The notes under the pieces are model-generated. The model was not told where the DNA came from. It searched no databases and saw nothing but the letters and a program-made list of their open reading frames with translations. A stretch of 40,313 nt of DNA from Octopus sinensis (lineage: Eukaryota). Below, piece after piece: positions 1-12,315 of this stretch. Numbering within the stretch: the first letter of the stretch is position 1; every line of letters starts with the position of its first letter. The position numbers and the translations under genes were made by a program. Location: positions 1 through 40,313 of the forward strand of contig NW_021835400.1 of assembly GCF_006345805.1 (NCBI RefSeq), given 5' to 3'.

Positions 1-116
1 ACCGCTAAGCTACGGGAACATAAACACACCAACATCGGTTGTCAAGCGATGTTTGGCAGACAAACACAGACACACAAACATATACACATAATACATACAT
101 ACATACATACATACAT

Positions 117-148
<32 letters not shown>

Positions 149-166
149 ATATATATAATATATATA

Positions 167-197
<31 letters not shown>

Positions 198-346
198 TAC
201 ATACATACATACATACATTCTTCAGTTTCCGTCTACCAAATCCACTCACAAGGCTTTAGTAGACGCTTGCCCAAGGCCACGCAGTGGGATTGAACCCGGA
301 ACCATGTGGTTGGTAAGCAAGACTTACCACACAGTCACTTCTACGC
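1..346 (-). mobile_element. tRNA-derived SINE, family A (octopus-type), cut by the window edge, with an internal (TA)/(TACA) microsatellite and a short internal deletion
   Basis: Reverse complement matches the + copies at 8425 and 9291 (gtggtaag...accaaccacatggttccgggttca, gagtggatttggtagacggaaactgaa, gacaaccgatg-tggtgtgtttatgt). The ggtcggccc..gctat segment is missing near 257. Confidence 0.9.
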
Positions 347-420
347 ATGTTCAGGTCACTGCTTGAAACCGAACTCGGAATCCAGGGTTGTAGCCAGCTC
401 TCTTAACCAATACGCAATAT
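347..420 (-). mobile_element. isolated tRNA-like SINE head fragment
   Basis: Minus strand reads tattggttaag (A-box-like) ... gagttcggttt (B-box-like). Confidence 0.4.
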
Positions 421-435
421 ACCGTATATAATATA

Positions 436-497
<62 letters not shown>

Positions 498-584
498 GAA
501 TGTATGTATGTGTGTATCTATATATAGGATAAAAAATATTACAGACCTATATAAATCAAATTTTTATATATAAAAGATAGAGGT

Positions 585-938
585 GGAAATAGTACAGAAT
601 TAAGACTAAAACATTTCAATTTAAGGATTTTAAATGATTTTAAAAGTTATATAAAGTTATATAAATTACCGGTTTCGAAGATGAATCTTATCTTATCAAA
701 TATCAGTAAAAATTTCTTTTGAATTTGAAGAAAAACAGTTTATCATCTGTCTTGGGGATCAAGAACATGTCTGGAGATTTTTTGTTGAAGTCTTCTTCTT
801 TGGATATAGATTGGTATAGAGTTCAAAGTGTTAGAGAGTAGGTGTCTATTGTCCAAAAGAAATCTTTGTATTCCTGCCAAGTGAGTGGCTGAAAAGCATT
901 TATTGAATGGGTTTTATGTCCACCTGTTTATGATTGTT

Positions 939-995
<57 letters not shown>

Positions 996-1250
996 TGTGG
1001 TGAAGGGCCTTTTAATATGTTTGGAATGTGACTAGCTTGGTGTTGATGGGTGTGTGTGTTGTGATGAATGTCTTGTATAAGAAAGAATTAGGAGTTTCCT
1101 TTGGGTTACATATATTCTTTTGTGTGTCTCCACCTGTGTGTATGTGTGTGTGATTGTATATGTGTGTGTGTTTGTACGTGTATATGTGTGTGTGTTTGTA
1201 CGTGTATATGAGTGTATTTTTGCGATGTTTTCTTTTGTATATGTTTTTGT
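585..1250 (-). mobile_element. inverted copy of the Penelope-like 3' region / pseudo-LTR
   Basis: Reverse complement of 2575-3368 at roughly 75-80% identity by eye; e.g. gatgaatcttatcttatcaaatatcagtaaaa and gagttcaaagtgttagagagta are shared. Confidence 0.85.
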
Positions 1251-1344
1251 TTTTGCGATGCTTCCTTTTTTGTGTATGCGTATACGACCAAACTCTTCTA
1301 ATATTCGGTAACATGTTCCATACACAACTCAGAAACAATTAGAA

Positions 1345-3365
1345 AAGATGCTGGAATGATTGATTTATTTTATGGCAGGAAAATATTGACAAGTTAACTA
1401 AATTTTAAAAAATATGTTAAACAACCTCAGCAATAACATCCAATTCACAATGGATTTTAACCCCAAAAGGACTTGCCTTTCTGGATATTCTAATCAAAAA
1501 CCAAGACGGGAAAATAGAAATGGATATATTTTAGAAACCCACCGACTCCAAACAGTACCTCCGTTTCGCATCATGTCATCCGAGACACACCAAACTCAAC
1601 ATTCCCTTCAACATGATACCATAGTATCAGAACCATCCAAACGTGAACAAAGACTAGAGAAACAAAAGGACACACTTATCCAAAGAGCCTTCCCTCCTGG
1701 CACAGAATAAACAAAGCGGAATAAAGAAAGCGAGACAAATGGATATCAATGAACTCAGGAAAAAAAAAAACAAAAGATGGAAAAATGTCTTAGCATTCAT
1801 GTCAACCTTCAAACTCAGGAAGACCGAAACATTTGATCACATCTACAAAAACGTCCCTATCTTATTTGCTGATTAAAAAACCGAGAAAAATCTTAGAAAA
1901 ACAACAAATCATCAAAAGCAAAAGGCAGCCCAAAACGCTAAAACTCATTCTCACGGGAGCAAAAACGTACAAAAAAACTTCCAGCCCAACTGTCACAAAA
2001 TTCAGTAGAACAAACAGTGGCACATGCTGTTATCTAATTGAGGGATCAGAATTTAATTTCAAAGATGGCCAAACCTTCAAAGTTAAATCCAATTTCAACT
2101 GCAACAGGGAAAACCTTATCTATGTAATCACATAAAATGGTTGCCAACATAATTACATAGACCAGACGGGCAACAGAATGACGACCCATCGCCAACAGAT
2201 CCGAGAGAAAAGCACAAGGAAAATTCCTTTAAGCATTCACGTTGCAAACTGTGCAGGAATGGTCTTACCAAATTTCAAAATATATTCCCTCTACAAGTGT
2301 CCAAATTCTATCAACCAAAAACAAAGACTAAATAAAGAAAGGCAATTTATTAACAAGTATAAGTCACAATTAAATATAGACCCGACCTCAACCAACCAAT
2401 AAATAAGAACAGACGCTTTAAAAACAATTTTATACATATTATCGTTTTGAAAAGTACTTCCCATTAGTCCATAAATCTTTTTCCAATATATATGCCTGCG
2501 CGCGCGCGCGCACACACACACATATATATATACACACATGCACAACACACAAACACAGACACTCACACACATAAACACACACATACAAAAGAAAACATAA
2601 AAACAAGGACACACACACATACACACAAAAGAAAGCTTTGCAAAAAACCACTCACACACACGCACAAACACACCCACACATACACTCACACACCAATACA
2701 AACACACACGAACACACACACACACATACACACAGCTGGTGACCACACACATACACGCAGGTGGAGACACTCAAAAGAATACATCTAACACAAAGGAAAA
2801 TCCTAATTCTTTCTTCAACAAGACATTCATCAAAACACACACATCCATCAATACGAAGCCAGTCAGATTCCAAACATATTGAAAGGACATTCAACACAAT
2901 ATGCACACACACACACAACACACACACACAAAACACACACACACACATTCAAACACACACCACACACACACACATTCAAACACACACATACACAGGTGGA
3001 CATAAAACCCATTTGATAAATGCTTATAAGCCACTCCTTTGGTAGGAACACACAAGGATTTCATTTAGACAATAGACACCTACACCCGTTCTCTTACTCT
3101 CTAACACTTTGAACTCTATACAAATCTATATTCAAAGAAGACTTCAACGAAAAATCACCAGACGTGTTCTTGACCCCCAAGACAGAAGATAAACTGTTTT
3201 ACTTCAATTTTTTTATAACTTTTTACTGATATTTGATAAGATAAGATTCATCATCAAAACCGGTCATATTTTTTTTATATATTTAAAAATCATTTTTATT
3301 AAATTTCCTCTTAAATTGAAATATCTTAGACTTACTTCTGAGCTATTCCACCTTCATCTTTTATG

Positions 3366-3368
<3 letters not shown>
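1345..3368 (+). mobile_element. 5'-truncated, decayed Penelope-like retroelement (Neptune-like): RT C-terminus, GIY-YIG endonuclease, 3' pLTR
   Basis: Frameshifted translation gives NNIQFTMDF..LAFLDILIK and KPTDSKQYLRFASCHPRHTKLNIPFN (PLE RT thumb). It continues GTCCYLIEG..FKVKSNFNCNRENLIYVIT*NGCQHNYI..QTG.RMTTHRQQIR..IPLSIHVANC..RLNKERQFINKYK (GIY-YIG). Confidence 0.88.
3228..3270 (+). ncRNA. decayed minimal type I hammerhead ribozyme motif in the PLE pLTR (second copy on the minus strand at 664-706)
   Basis: gatat-TTGATAA-gataa(gattca)tcatc-AAAAC-cg-GTC-atatt. Stems I and II pair; the core differs from CUGANGA/GAAAC by transitions. The 664-706 copy keeps GAAAC-cg-GTA. Confidence 0.5.
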
Positions 3369-3426
<58 letters not shown>

Positions 3427-3649
3427 TGTACATTTAAACACATAAGAGACATCTATCATAGAATTCCTGGCACGCTAGAAGGAACAGCTAAAGTCCAAAT
3501 CACTATTAGAGATAAACTTCGAAGGGAATGAAAAGTTAAAACATTTACTATCTATCTCCTGGAACATGGTTTCAGACCTTTTTTTAGCAAATAATGTAAT
3601 TGCTAGGCGAAGTCTTCTTCAACAGGTACACCTAGATTAAACATATAAG

Positions 3650-4473
3650 TACGAGGCAATCCAGCATGCAGACTAAAGCCGCTTGACTTTGAACTCTGCT
3701 GTGCATGTGCACTAAATTTCAATGTACTAGCTCAGTTCCGCTATTTACAGTAGTGCTTGGAAGGAACGTGTGTAGCGTATGATCGTTGCAATGAATATGA
3801 CAGAGAAAGTTGAGCAGAGAATCGGCGTCAAATTTTGTCAAAAGCTTGGCGATACCCGCTCAGAGTCCTACGCAAAGTTTTCAAAAGGCTTACATCGTTC
3901 TCGGCACAATCAAGGAGATCTTGTGCAACTGAAACCCGAGTGTCTTTTTGGTCAGCTGAAAGCAGTTTTGGCACAAACTTGGCAGGCATGCGTCTCATAC
4001 CCAAAGTTTCAGTGATAATGGACTGCACTGAACCGTAACGAATCTGCACAAATTTTCAGTGATAATGGATTGAACTTACGGATGTTGATTCGACGATTTC
4101 TCCTCACAGCTGTACGCACATCTACGATGATTTTCTCAGTTCTGCTGGTTGCGGATATCCCAGAACGTCTGAACCACTCGTACACATGAGTGCGGCTCAT
4201 GCTCTCGTCTCTATACACTTTCTATAACTTTGCGTAGGTATCTGAGCAGGCATCGACATGACAACTTTCTCTGTCATGGTCAATGTGACGATCACACGCT
4301 ACACACCTTCCTTCCAAGCATTGCTGTAAACAGTAGAAGTGAGCTACACCGTTAAAACTTAGTGTGCATGCACAGCAGAACTTAAGATCAATCTGTGCTA
4401 GGCGGCTTCACACTGTGTGTTTTAGCTTCGTTACTATGGCATTAGTCCGGATACTTATTGATCAGACATCTTA
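3650..4473. mobile_element. mariner-derived composite of two inward-facing 5' ends (left piece +, right piece -)
   Basis: 3650-3886 (+) encodes MTEKVEQRIGVKFCQKLGDT. 3874-4473 (-) encodes MTEKV..MSRTHVYEWFRR..ETLGMRRMPAKFVPKLLS..QDLLDCAEND. The outer ends begin tacgagg and (revcomp) taagatgtctgatcaataagtatccggac. Confidence 0.8.
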
Positions 4474-4482
4474 AATTATCTC

Positions 4483-4570
<88 letters not shown>

Positions 4571-4713
4571 GTGTGTGAGTGTGTATCCCAGTAGAGAAAT
4601 AAAGATATATACGTGCATATACACATACAAATATTCATATACTCTCAGTAATACAGCACATCTTTTAAACAGGGAACTCATTATAGCGTCCTCGCACCTC
4701 TCTTACAAAACAT

Positions 4714-4760
<47 letters not shown>

Positions 4761-5371
4761 CACATACACACATTCCCTCTCTATGTGTCTTTCTCTTTTG
4801 TATGTCACATAATTGTTTCCCAAAACACGCACACACTTATACATACACATACGTATGGGCGACCAAACATTATTCAATAACGAATTTTTGATCATATATT
4901 CTAGAATGTTTTGAGTATATACGTTTAAACCCGAATATAAAGATATTACGTGTGTTTAGCTATATAAAAATGTGTGAGTGTGTGCATATGTATATATATA
5001 TTATATATATATATGTATAGATAAATGCATGTATAGATAAATGTATATATGAATATATATATAAGTATATATACATGTATATATATAAATGTGTATACAT
5101 ATGTATATATATATGTGCATATACAAGTATATATATATTATACACACACATATATATAAACATATATATATATATGTATAATAACTTATGTATACATATA
5201 TAAGCATATATATATGTTATAAACATATATATATATATGTCTGTATATATGTATGGATATATATATATATATATATATATATATCTATATATATATATGT
5301 ATATATTTGTGTATGTATATGTGCGTGTATGTACATATATATGTATATGTATGTACAAACACACACACACA

Positions 5372-5403
<32 letters not shown>

Positions 5404-6418
5404 TTGCTTCTTTGCTTTTCATAATACATTTTTTCTTTCACCATGTGTTCAGTTTTTAACTTGATTTAAAACAATATTTCTTCTAGCTTTAACAATTTAA
5501 AGTTGATTTTGTTAAGGGAGCAAGGTATGAGAAGGGACGTGAAAGGAATGCTGAATTTTCGGGGGTGAGGGACTGGGCGGAGCGAGACACAACCGGGTGT
5601 CTTAGGTCATTGTCTTGGGTATTTATTAGGTTAATATAATTTAGCCACACATTTACAAACACACACACATATAAATTATATCTAAATATGTATATATACA
5701 CATATATTGAATACATATACATATATGCATATATTTGCATACATATATTTGTGTGTGTATATATATATATATACATATTACACACACTCACATATATATA
5801 TGTCAGTATACACATATATGTGCCTATGTATGAATGTATGTAAGTGTATATATATGTGTGTGCATATGTAAATCTTTCCAATACAACCTCCACTCATACA
5901 CACATACATATATACATACATTTACATGCATAAACAAACACACGCACACACATTTAGAGGTAAAAATATGTAAGGCGACGACAATAAATAAATGCAAAGC
6001 GAAGATATTGTACAGACTTAGGTTATTTACTGCTTCTATAATATTTCGAAAAATGATTTTGCTTCTCAATATATGAGAAATTAAATAAGAGTTCGGAGAA
6101 AGCGTGGCAACGGGTGGGTGAAATACGTATGTACATCATAGATAAACAAACATACAGACAGACACACAGACAGACACACACACAGACACACACACGTATA
6201 CACACATGCGCACATATTTGTGACAGTCGAAGTTCTTAACTGTATTTTAGTTAAGGCCACGGCTTTTATAAGGTCTGTCTTTCTTCGGTATTTCCTACTG
6301 TTAATGACTAAAAAGCTAGAAACCGACAGGTGGCAGCATTGGACAGATATGGTGCTTTTACACCTTTTTCTCCACGGTAACTGCAGTGAATATACCTTTG
6401 TATATGTGCGCATATATA

Positions 6419-7505
6419 GAGGGTGCATAAGGTATTTGAGGACATACCTTTTTGCGGTCATTGCTGTATTTTTTGCTAACTCTGTATAATCTTTATTTCA
6501 GAAAATAATAATGGCAGACCCACAGCTTACTCAAGAAATGAAGAGGCATGCTGTTATTGTGGTTAAAAAAGCTGAGCATAGCAATTTAGAAATATTTCGA
6601 TTTTTAAAAGTTGCCAGATGTTTCGTCACCAAAGTTTGTAAGGAGCTAGAGACTGAAGATGAAAATGTATCACCAGTATCAAAGCATAAAAAGCATTATA
6701 AACGCCCTGAAATCATCAGAACACATGAATTTATCCACCAAGTTCAACAGACCATTGATTACAATCCCAGAAAGTCCATGAGGTCAATTACAAAAGATTT
6801 TCATGTGGCAGAAGGAACAGTCAGAAATGTTGTCCACGAAGACGTGTGATAAGGATGAGGAAAGGTCAATTGATCAAAAAAAAAAAAAAAAGCAAAAGAA
6901 AATCACTACATCAGATCTAAAAGGCTCTTAAATAAATTGAAAAATGCAGCAGAAAATTTGATTTAGTTTTTCTCAAACGAGCAAAACTTCGACCAAGATC
7001 AAAAACTTAACAGAAGAAATGACAGATGGTGCAGATCCTTCTGAAGTTCCAAGTGTTATGCATACAAAATTTCCAGCAACTGTCATGGTTTAGGGGTTGA
7101 AGGATATGTAGTACATCTTTTCACAAGTCCTTAAAGTTAACTCAGCCACTTACATTGAGGTCCTGGAAATATTTGTTAAGACCTGGATAGACAGTGTATG
7201 CAATGGAAATCCATATGTGTTTCAGTAAGACTCTGCACATGGCTCTAGTAACAAAGCAATGGATGGCTGAAAATTTTCATGATCACATAACCCCTATCAT
7301 TTGGCCCCCTAATTCCCCAGATCTCATTCCATTGGACTAATAGAAGCAGTTGTTGAAGCTGAATGTGGCTTTATTGAATAACATTATAGAAAAGAATGTT
7401 TATTTTTATCCTCATAGCATCTTTTAATAAATAAAATTATTATCTGTCATTATATATATATTTTTAATAAGCATAAATCTGTCCTCAAATATCTTACGCA
7501 CCCTG
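6419..7505 (+). mobile_element. Tc1/mariner-superfamily transposon, maT (DD37D)-like, defective
   Basis: 26-bp TIRs (gagggtgcataaggtatttgaggaca vs cagggtgcgtaagatatttgaggaca, 3 mismatches) with TA on both flanks. ORF 6511-6849 is followed by broken frames FFSNEQNFDQDQKLNRRNDRW, HTKFPATVMVLG, PYVFQ*DSA and PPNSPDLIPLD. Confidence 0.88.
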
Positions 7506-7606
7506 TATATAGCTATAGTGTATGTGTGTGCACGCGCGCGTGCATGTGTATGTGGTGTATGTGTGTGTGTATGTTTATATATTTATATAAATACATACAA
7601 ATAGCT

Positions 7607-7680
<74 letters not shown>

Positions 7681-7924
7681 ATGTATATTTGTATATATAT
7701 ATATAGTATGTGTGTGTGTGTGTGTGTGGTACGGTGTGTGGGTACATATTTGTATATATGACCCCTTGCAAATGCTATACGGACACAAACTGTGTCAATA
7801 GCCAGCTGGATAAGATGTTTCCTGGGACTAAACACAACAGTAGCATCGTCCTTTATAGGGCTGCCACATCCTGTTGTCATATAAACATTACTCTCTCTCT
7901 CTCTCTATATATATATATATGTAA

Positions 7925-7967
<43 letters not shown>

Positions 7968-7975
7968 TATATATA

Positions 7976-8013
<38 letters not shown>

Positions 8014-8044
8014 GTATGTATAATATTATATATATATATATAAA

Positions 8045-8596
8045 ATCATGAATGCACTACAATACCAGACACAGGCATCGAAAGATTCGGGGATCAGTAT
8101 GTGCAATGACGCATCATTTTATATGCGCATTACCAAGATGGAAGCGAAGTGTAAAACAACTGGCAGGAAGGATACTGAGGTCCTTCAAGACATGAGACCA
8201 TGAAACTGTGTTGACCCTGTGGAGAAACTTTGTTCTCATCCGCCTGGACTACTGCTCCCAATTATGGTCACCACATAGTGCCAAACTAACAGCGGAACTT
8301 GAAGCAGTCCAACGCCACTACACTAAAAAGATTGAAGCTGGAACGGATGAACTACAGGGATAGGCTGAGAAAACTGCAACTTTACTCCCTGGAGCGAAGG
8401 CCTGAGAAGTATGTAATAATATACAGGCGTAGGAGTGGCTGTGTGGTAAGTAGCTTGCTAACCAACCACATGGTTCCGGGTTCAGTCTCACTGCGTGGCA
8501 TCTTGGACAAGCGTCTTCTGCTATAGCCCCGGGCCGACCAATGCCTTGTGAGTGGATTTGGTAGACGGAAACTGAAAGAAGCCTGTCGTATATATG

Positions 8597-8639
<43 letters not shown>

Positions 8640-9125
8640 TTGTGTGTCTGTGTTTGTCCCCCTAGCATTACTTGACAACTGATGCTGGTGTGTTTACGTC
8701 CCCGTTACTTCGATAGAATAAGTACTGGGCTTACAAAGAATAAGTCCCGGGGTCGATTTGATCGACTAAAAGGCGGTGCTCCAGCATGGCCGCAGTCAAA
8801 TGACTGAAACAAGTAAAAGAGTAAAAGAGTATATGGAAAATCACAGAAGGGCTAGTATCTAATTTCGGCATTGAGTGTTATACAAATGCCAGACCAGGCC
8901 GCCATTGTAGTATATCATCTAAATTCAGGACCAGCTATTGAAATAGTCTAGGGTTCAAAAGCCGACAGCTCTTCAATGCTCTGCCACTAAAATTAAGAAA
9001 TCTGCATAAGGTGGAAGTAGATGTATTTAAAAAGGAAATAGACACCCTCCTCTCCACAAAACCAGATGAACCAACAGACTGACACGAGGTACAGACGAGG
9101 GCAGCAGAATCAAACTCTTTTACAC
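8045..9125 (+). mobile_element. CR1/Zenon-like LINE 3' fragment (RT C-terminus), interrupted by a SINE at 8425-8830
   Basis: Reads LDYCSQLWSPHSAKLTAELEAVQRHYTKKI..RMNYRDRLRKLQLYSLERR.EKYVIIY, then the SINE, then IWKITEGLVSNFG..QLFNALPLKLRNL..FKKEIDTLL..PDEP..RAAESNS. Confidence 0.82.
8425..8830 (+). mobile_element. tRNA-derived SINE, family A, full length
   Basis: Head aggcgtaggagtggctgtgtggtaag (A box) and gggttcagtc (B box); internal (TA)/(TG) tract; tail gactgaaacaagtaaaagagtaaaagag. Confidence 0.92.
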
Positions 9126-9185
9126 ATCAAATGGGCCAACAGCTGGGACAAAGTTACATTTAGGAGTAGTGATGTGAAACACCCC

Positions 9186-9265
9186 AGACTCACTCAGGAA
9201 ATCAGAAAGACCACGGTGGTGCTGTAGCATGACCACAGCCGCATGGCTGAAACGAGTAAAAGAAT
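9186..9265 (+). mobile_element. 3' tail fragment of a family-A-related SINE
   Basis: cggtggtgctgtagcatgaccacagc..ggctgaaacgagtaaaagaat resembles the family A tail ggcggtgctccagcatggccgcagtc..ctgaaacaagtaaaagag. Confidence 0.6.
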
Positions 9266-9290
9266 AATATATATATACGTATATATATAT

Positions 9291-9720
9291 AGGCGCAGGA
9301 GTGGCTGTGTGGCAAGTAGCTTGCTTACCAACCACATGGTTTCGGCTTCAGTCCCACTGCGTGGCGTCATGGGCAAGTGTCGTCTGCTATAGCCCCGGGT
9401 CGACCAATGCCTTGTGAGTGGATTTGGTAGACGGAAACCGAAAGAAGCCTGTCGTATATATGTATGTATATATATATGTGTGTGTGTGTGTATATATATA
9501 TGTTTGTGTGTCTGTGTTTGTCCCCCTAGCATTGCTTGACAACCGATGCTGGTGTGTTTACGTCCCCATCACTTAGCGTTTCGGCAAAAGAGACCGATAG
9601 AATAAGTATAAGTACTGGGCTTACAAAGAATAAGTCCCGGGATCGATTTGCTCGACTAAAGGCGGTGCTCCAGCATGGCCGCAGTCAAACGACTGAAACA
9701 AGTAAAAGAGAGTAAAAGAG
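9291..9720 (+). mobile_element. tRNA-derived SINE, family A, full length
   Basis: Same head, body and tail as 8425-8830; preceded by (TA)n. Confidence 0.92.
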
Positions 9721-10171
9721 TATACCGTTATAAGAGCAACACACCAACACATATTTACATTTATATGGAAACATCCATGTTTCCGATCTCATACAAATAC
9801 CAAAACTTATTCGAACATACATAAGCGCATACATATCTTTATCAGATCTATTACGCTGGTACGTTGTGGGTGCGCGTATGTATATGTATAGATATATATA
9901 TATACACACACATGTACACATATGCACGTACACACACACACGTGATTGTTGCTAATGTTCACCTTTGAATTATAATGTTATAGCAGAGAATCCTTACCTT
10001 AGCGAAAGAAATTTTGAAAACTGCAATTTAACACAAAACAGTCGAGTTTCCACACAAGTTTGTTGGCATGTGTGTGTCTGTGTGTGTACATATGTTGTTT
10101 CTGTGTGTATACACATAGATTCTATTGAATCCTTATAACATATATAAACATAAACGATATGTGATATATAG

Positions 10172-10207
<36 letters not shown>

Positions 10208-10611
10208 ATACATACATACATACATAATCTATATATTATATATATATATATATAGGCATACGTATGTATAGATGCTTAGAAGTGTGTATATATATACATA
10301 CATACATACACGCATACATACATATATACATACATATATATATATATGTATTCATATATCCACACACACACCTCACCCTTTGTATGTGTGTGTGTGTGTG
10401 CATATTATACATGTGTGTATATTCTTTTATACACAGGATAGTAAACTTCTGTAAACTTTTGTACACACACACACACACATACACACATACACACACACAT
10501 ATATACATGTATACATACACACATATATATGTATACACATCCATACAAATATGTATACCAGTTAATTCTGTGTACATGAATAGTCTATCTATATATATAT
10601 TATATATATAT

Positions 10612-10653
<42 letters not shown>

Positions 10654-11138
10654 GCGTACATTTCTTTATATTTCTACAGATAATATCTCGCTGCTGGAAT
10701 GCTCATCTGTAACTTTTCAATTGAATTTTACAATAACCCGACGACATTTCTCACTGTAAAATAGCTTCAAACAATTGCTTATATATTCAATATTTTCAAG
10801 AGTTTTGGTTATTTTCTTTCTTATTCTCTTCATTTTTTCCTCCTTTCATTGATAATTTTATATTTTCGTTTTGTAAGTTTAGAAATCAGTTAAGTGTTAC
10901 TCGTTATTATAAGTCTATAATCTACTTCGTCTTATTGAGGGTATCTTTTGATACCAAATATAAATGCTCTCCTCTGAATATATCTGCATTCATTGTGTTG
11001 TTGTTTATTTGTCTATCTTCGCATTTGTCTGTCTATCTTTTGATTTCTGTCTCTGCCTCTCTCTGGCTAGTCGTCTGTCTATATATCTAGCTATATATAC
11101 CTAGCCAACCTTCGATCCGTCCATCCATCCATCCATCC

Positions 11139-11172
<34 letters not shown>

Positions 11173-11212
11173 TCTAATCTATCTATCTATCGATCTTATC
11201 TATCTATCTATT

Positions 11213-12156
11213 AAACATCGGACGACTTTCGGGCCAGGGCCCATGGACAACTTCCAGAGATCCCTGGCCTGGCAGTGCTACGAGAAGCGTACCCGTTCGG
11301 GATAAGCTCTACAGACACGGCTCGAGAAACACGGGGCCGACCTGCCCGAGATGCGGTAGTACGAACGAAACCGTTCTGCACGCACTCGTTCAGTGTCCAA
11401 CAATTTCCGACCTGTGGGCTTATGTCGAACAACTGCTGTCACGTGTGGGACGAGTCGGTTTATCAGCTGAGTCTATCGTCAATATTGTCACGCCTCCTTC
11501 CTTCAAACGGGAAGGAAGAGCTATTTTCATCATCCTTGTGGCTATGGCGAAAGAATGTATCTGGTGGACGCGTCTGAAAGGATTGGAGACAAACACTTTC
11601 CTCTCTGGTCAATCTCTCATCAACTTCTTCAAGTACCACTTGAAAAGGAAAGTGAGAGTAGAGAGGCAAGTTTTGTCTAGCGAATGTTTTAAAAAAAGAT
11701 GGGTGAATGTAGCAAGAATGGCACGTATGAATGACGAAGCCACCTTGAGCATAGTCCTATGAACCCAGAAATCGAAAACAGAGAGTTGCTTATTTGCAAA
11801 AAAAAAAAAAAAAAAAAGAAATATAAAATGTGACTTCATTGACCGAGGTTACCGTGGTCTTTTCCGCAGGCTTTCTTTCCACGGGTAAACCTCACCTGTC
11901 CTCCCCTTTACACTTCATATTGACATTTCTGATATAACGATCCCTATTGATCATTTTTTTTTCCTCTCCCCCCCCTTTTTTTTTTTTTTTTTTTTTAACC
12001 CCCCCTTATTTTGCCCTCTTTCTCTCCTTTTACGATCCCTTTTGATCGAACTCCCCCTTCCTTTTTTTTTTTTTTTTTTTAATACCTTCAAAAGAAAAGC
12101 TCTACCTTGTAATTTGTTCTATCTGTGTGCAGCCCTGTGTGGCTAATAAAGAAACA

Positions 12157-12157
<1 letters not shown>
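11213..12157 (+). mobile_element. 5'-truncated Tx1/L1-clade LINE: ORF2 C-terminus with CCHC zinc knuckle, 3'UTR and polyA signal
   Basis: Reads PVRDKLYRHG..TCPRCGSTNETVLHALVQCP..LWAYVEQLL..AKECIWWTRLKG..FKKRWVNVAR..* (stop at 11762). The UTR is pyrimidine-rich, AATAAA is at 12145, and (ATCT)n lies on both flanks. Confidence 0.85.
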
Positions 12158-12190
<33 letters not shown>

Positions 12191-12193
12191 ACT

Positions 12194-12261
<68 letters not shown>

Positions 12262-12284
12262 ACTATCAATCTATCTATCTACTC

Positions 12285-12315
<31 letters not shown>

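Noticed and set aside
7750-7890. Non-repetitive island between microsatellites with a Cys-containing frame (TPCKCYTDTNC...)
   Set aside because: No splice signals or recognisable family; cannot be supported as an exon.
10660-10770. Possible exon after the acceptor-like tttctttatatttctacag ([26 protein letters not shown])
   Set aside because: Short, no recognisable homology, and no partner exon or donor.
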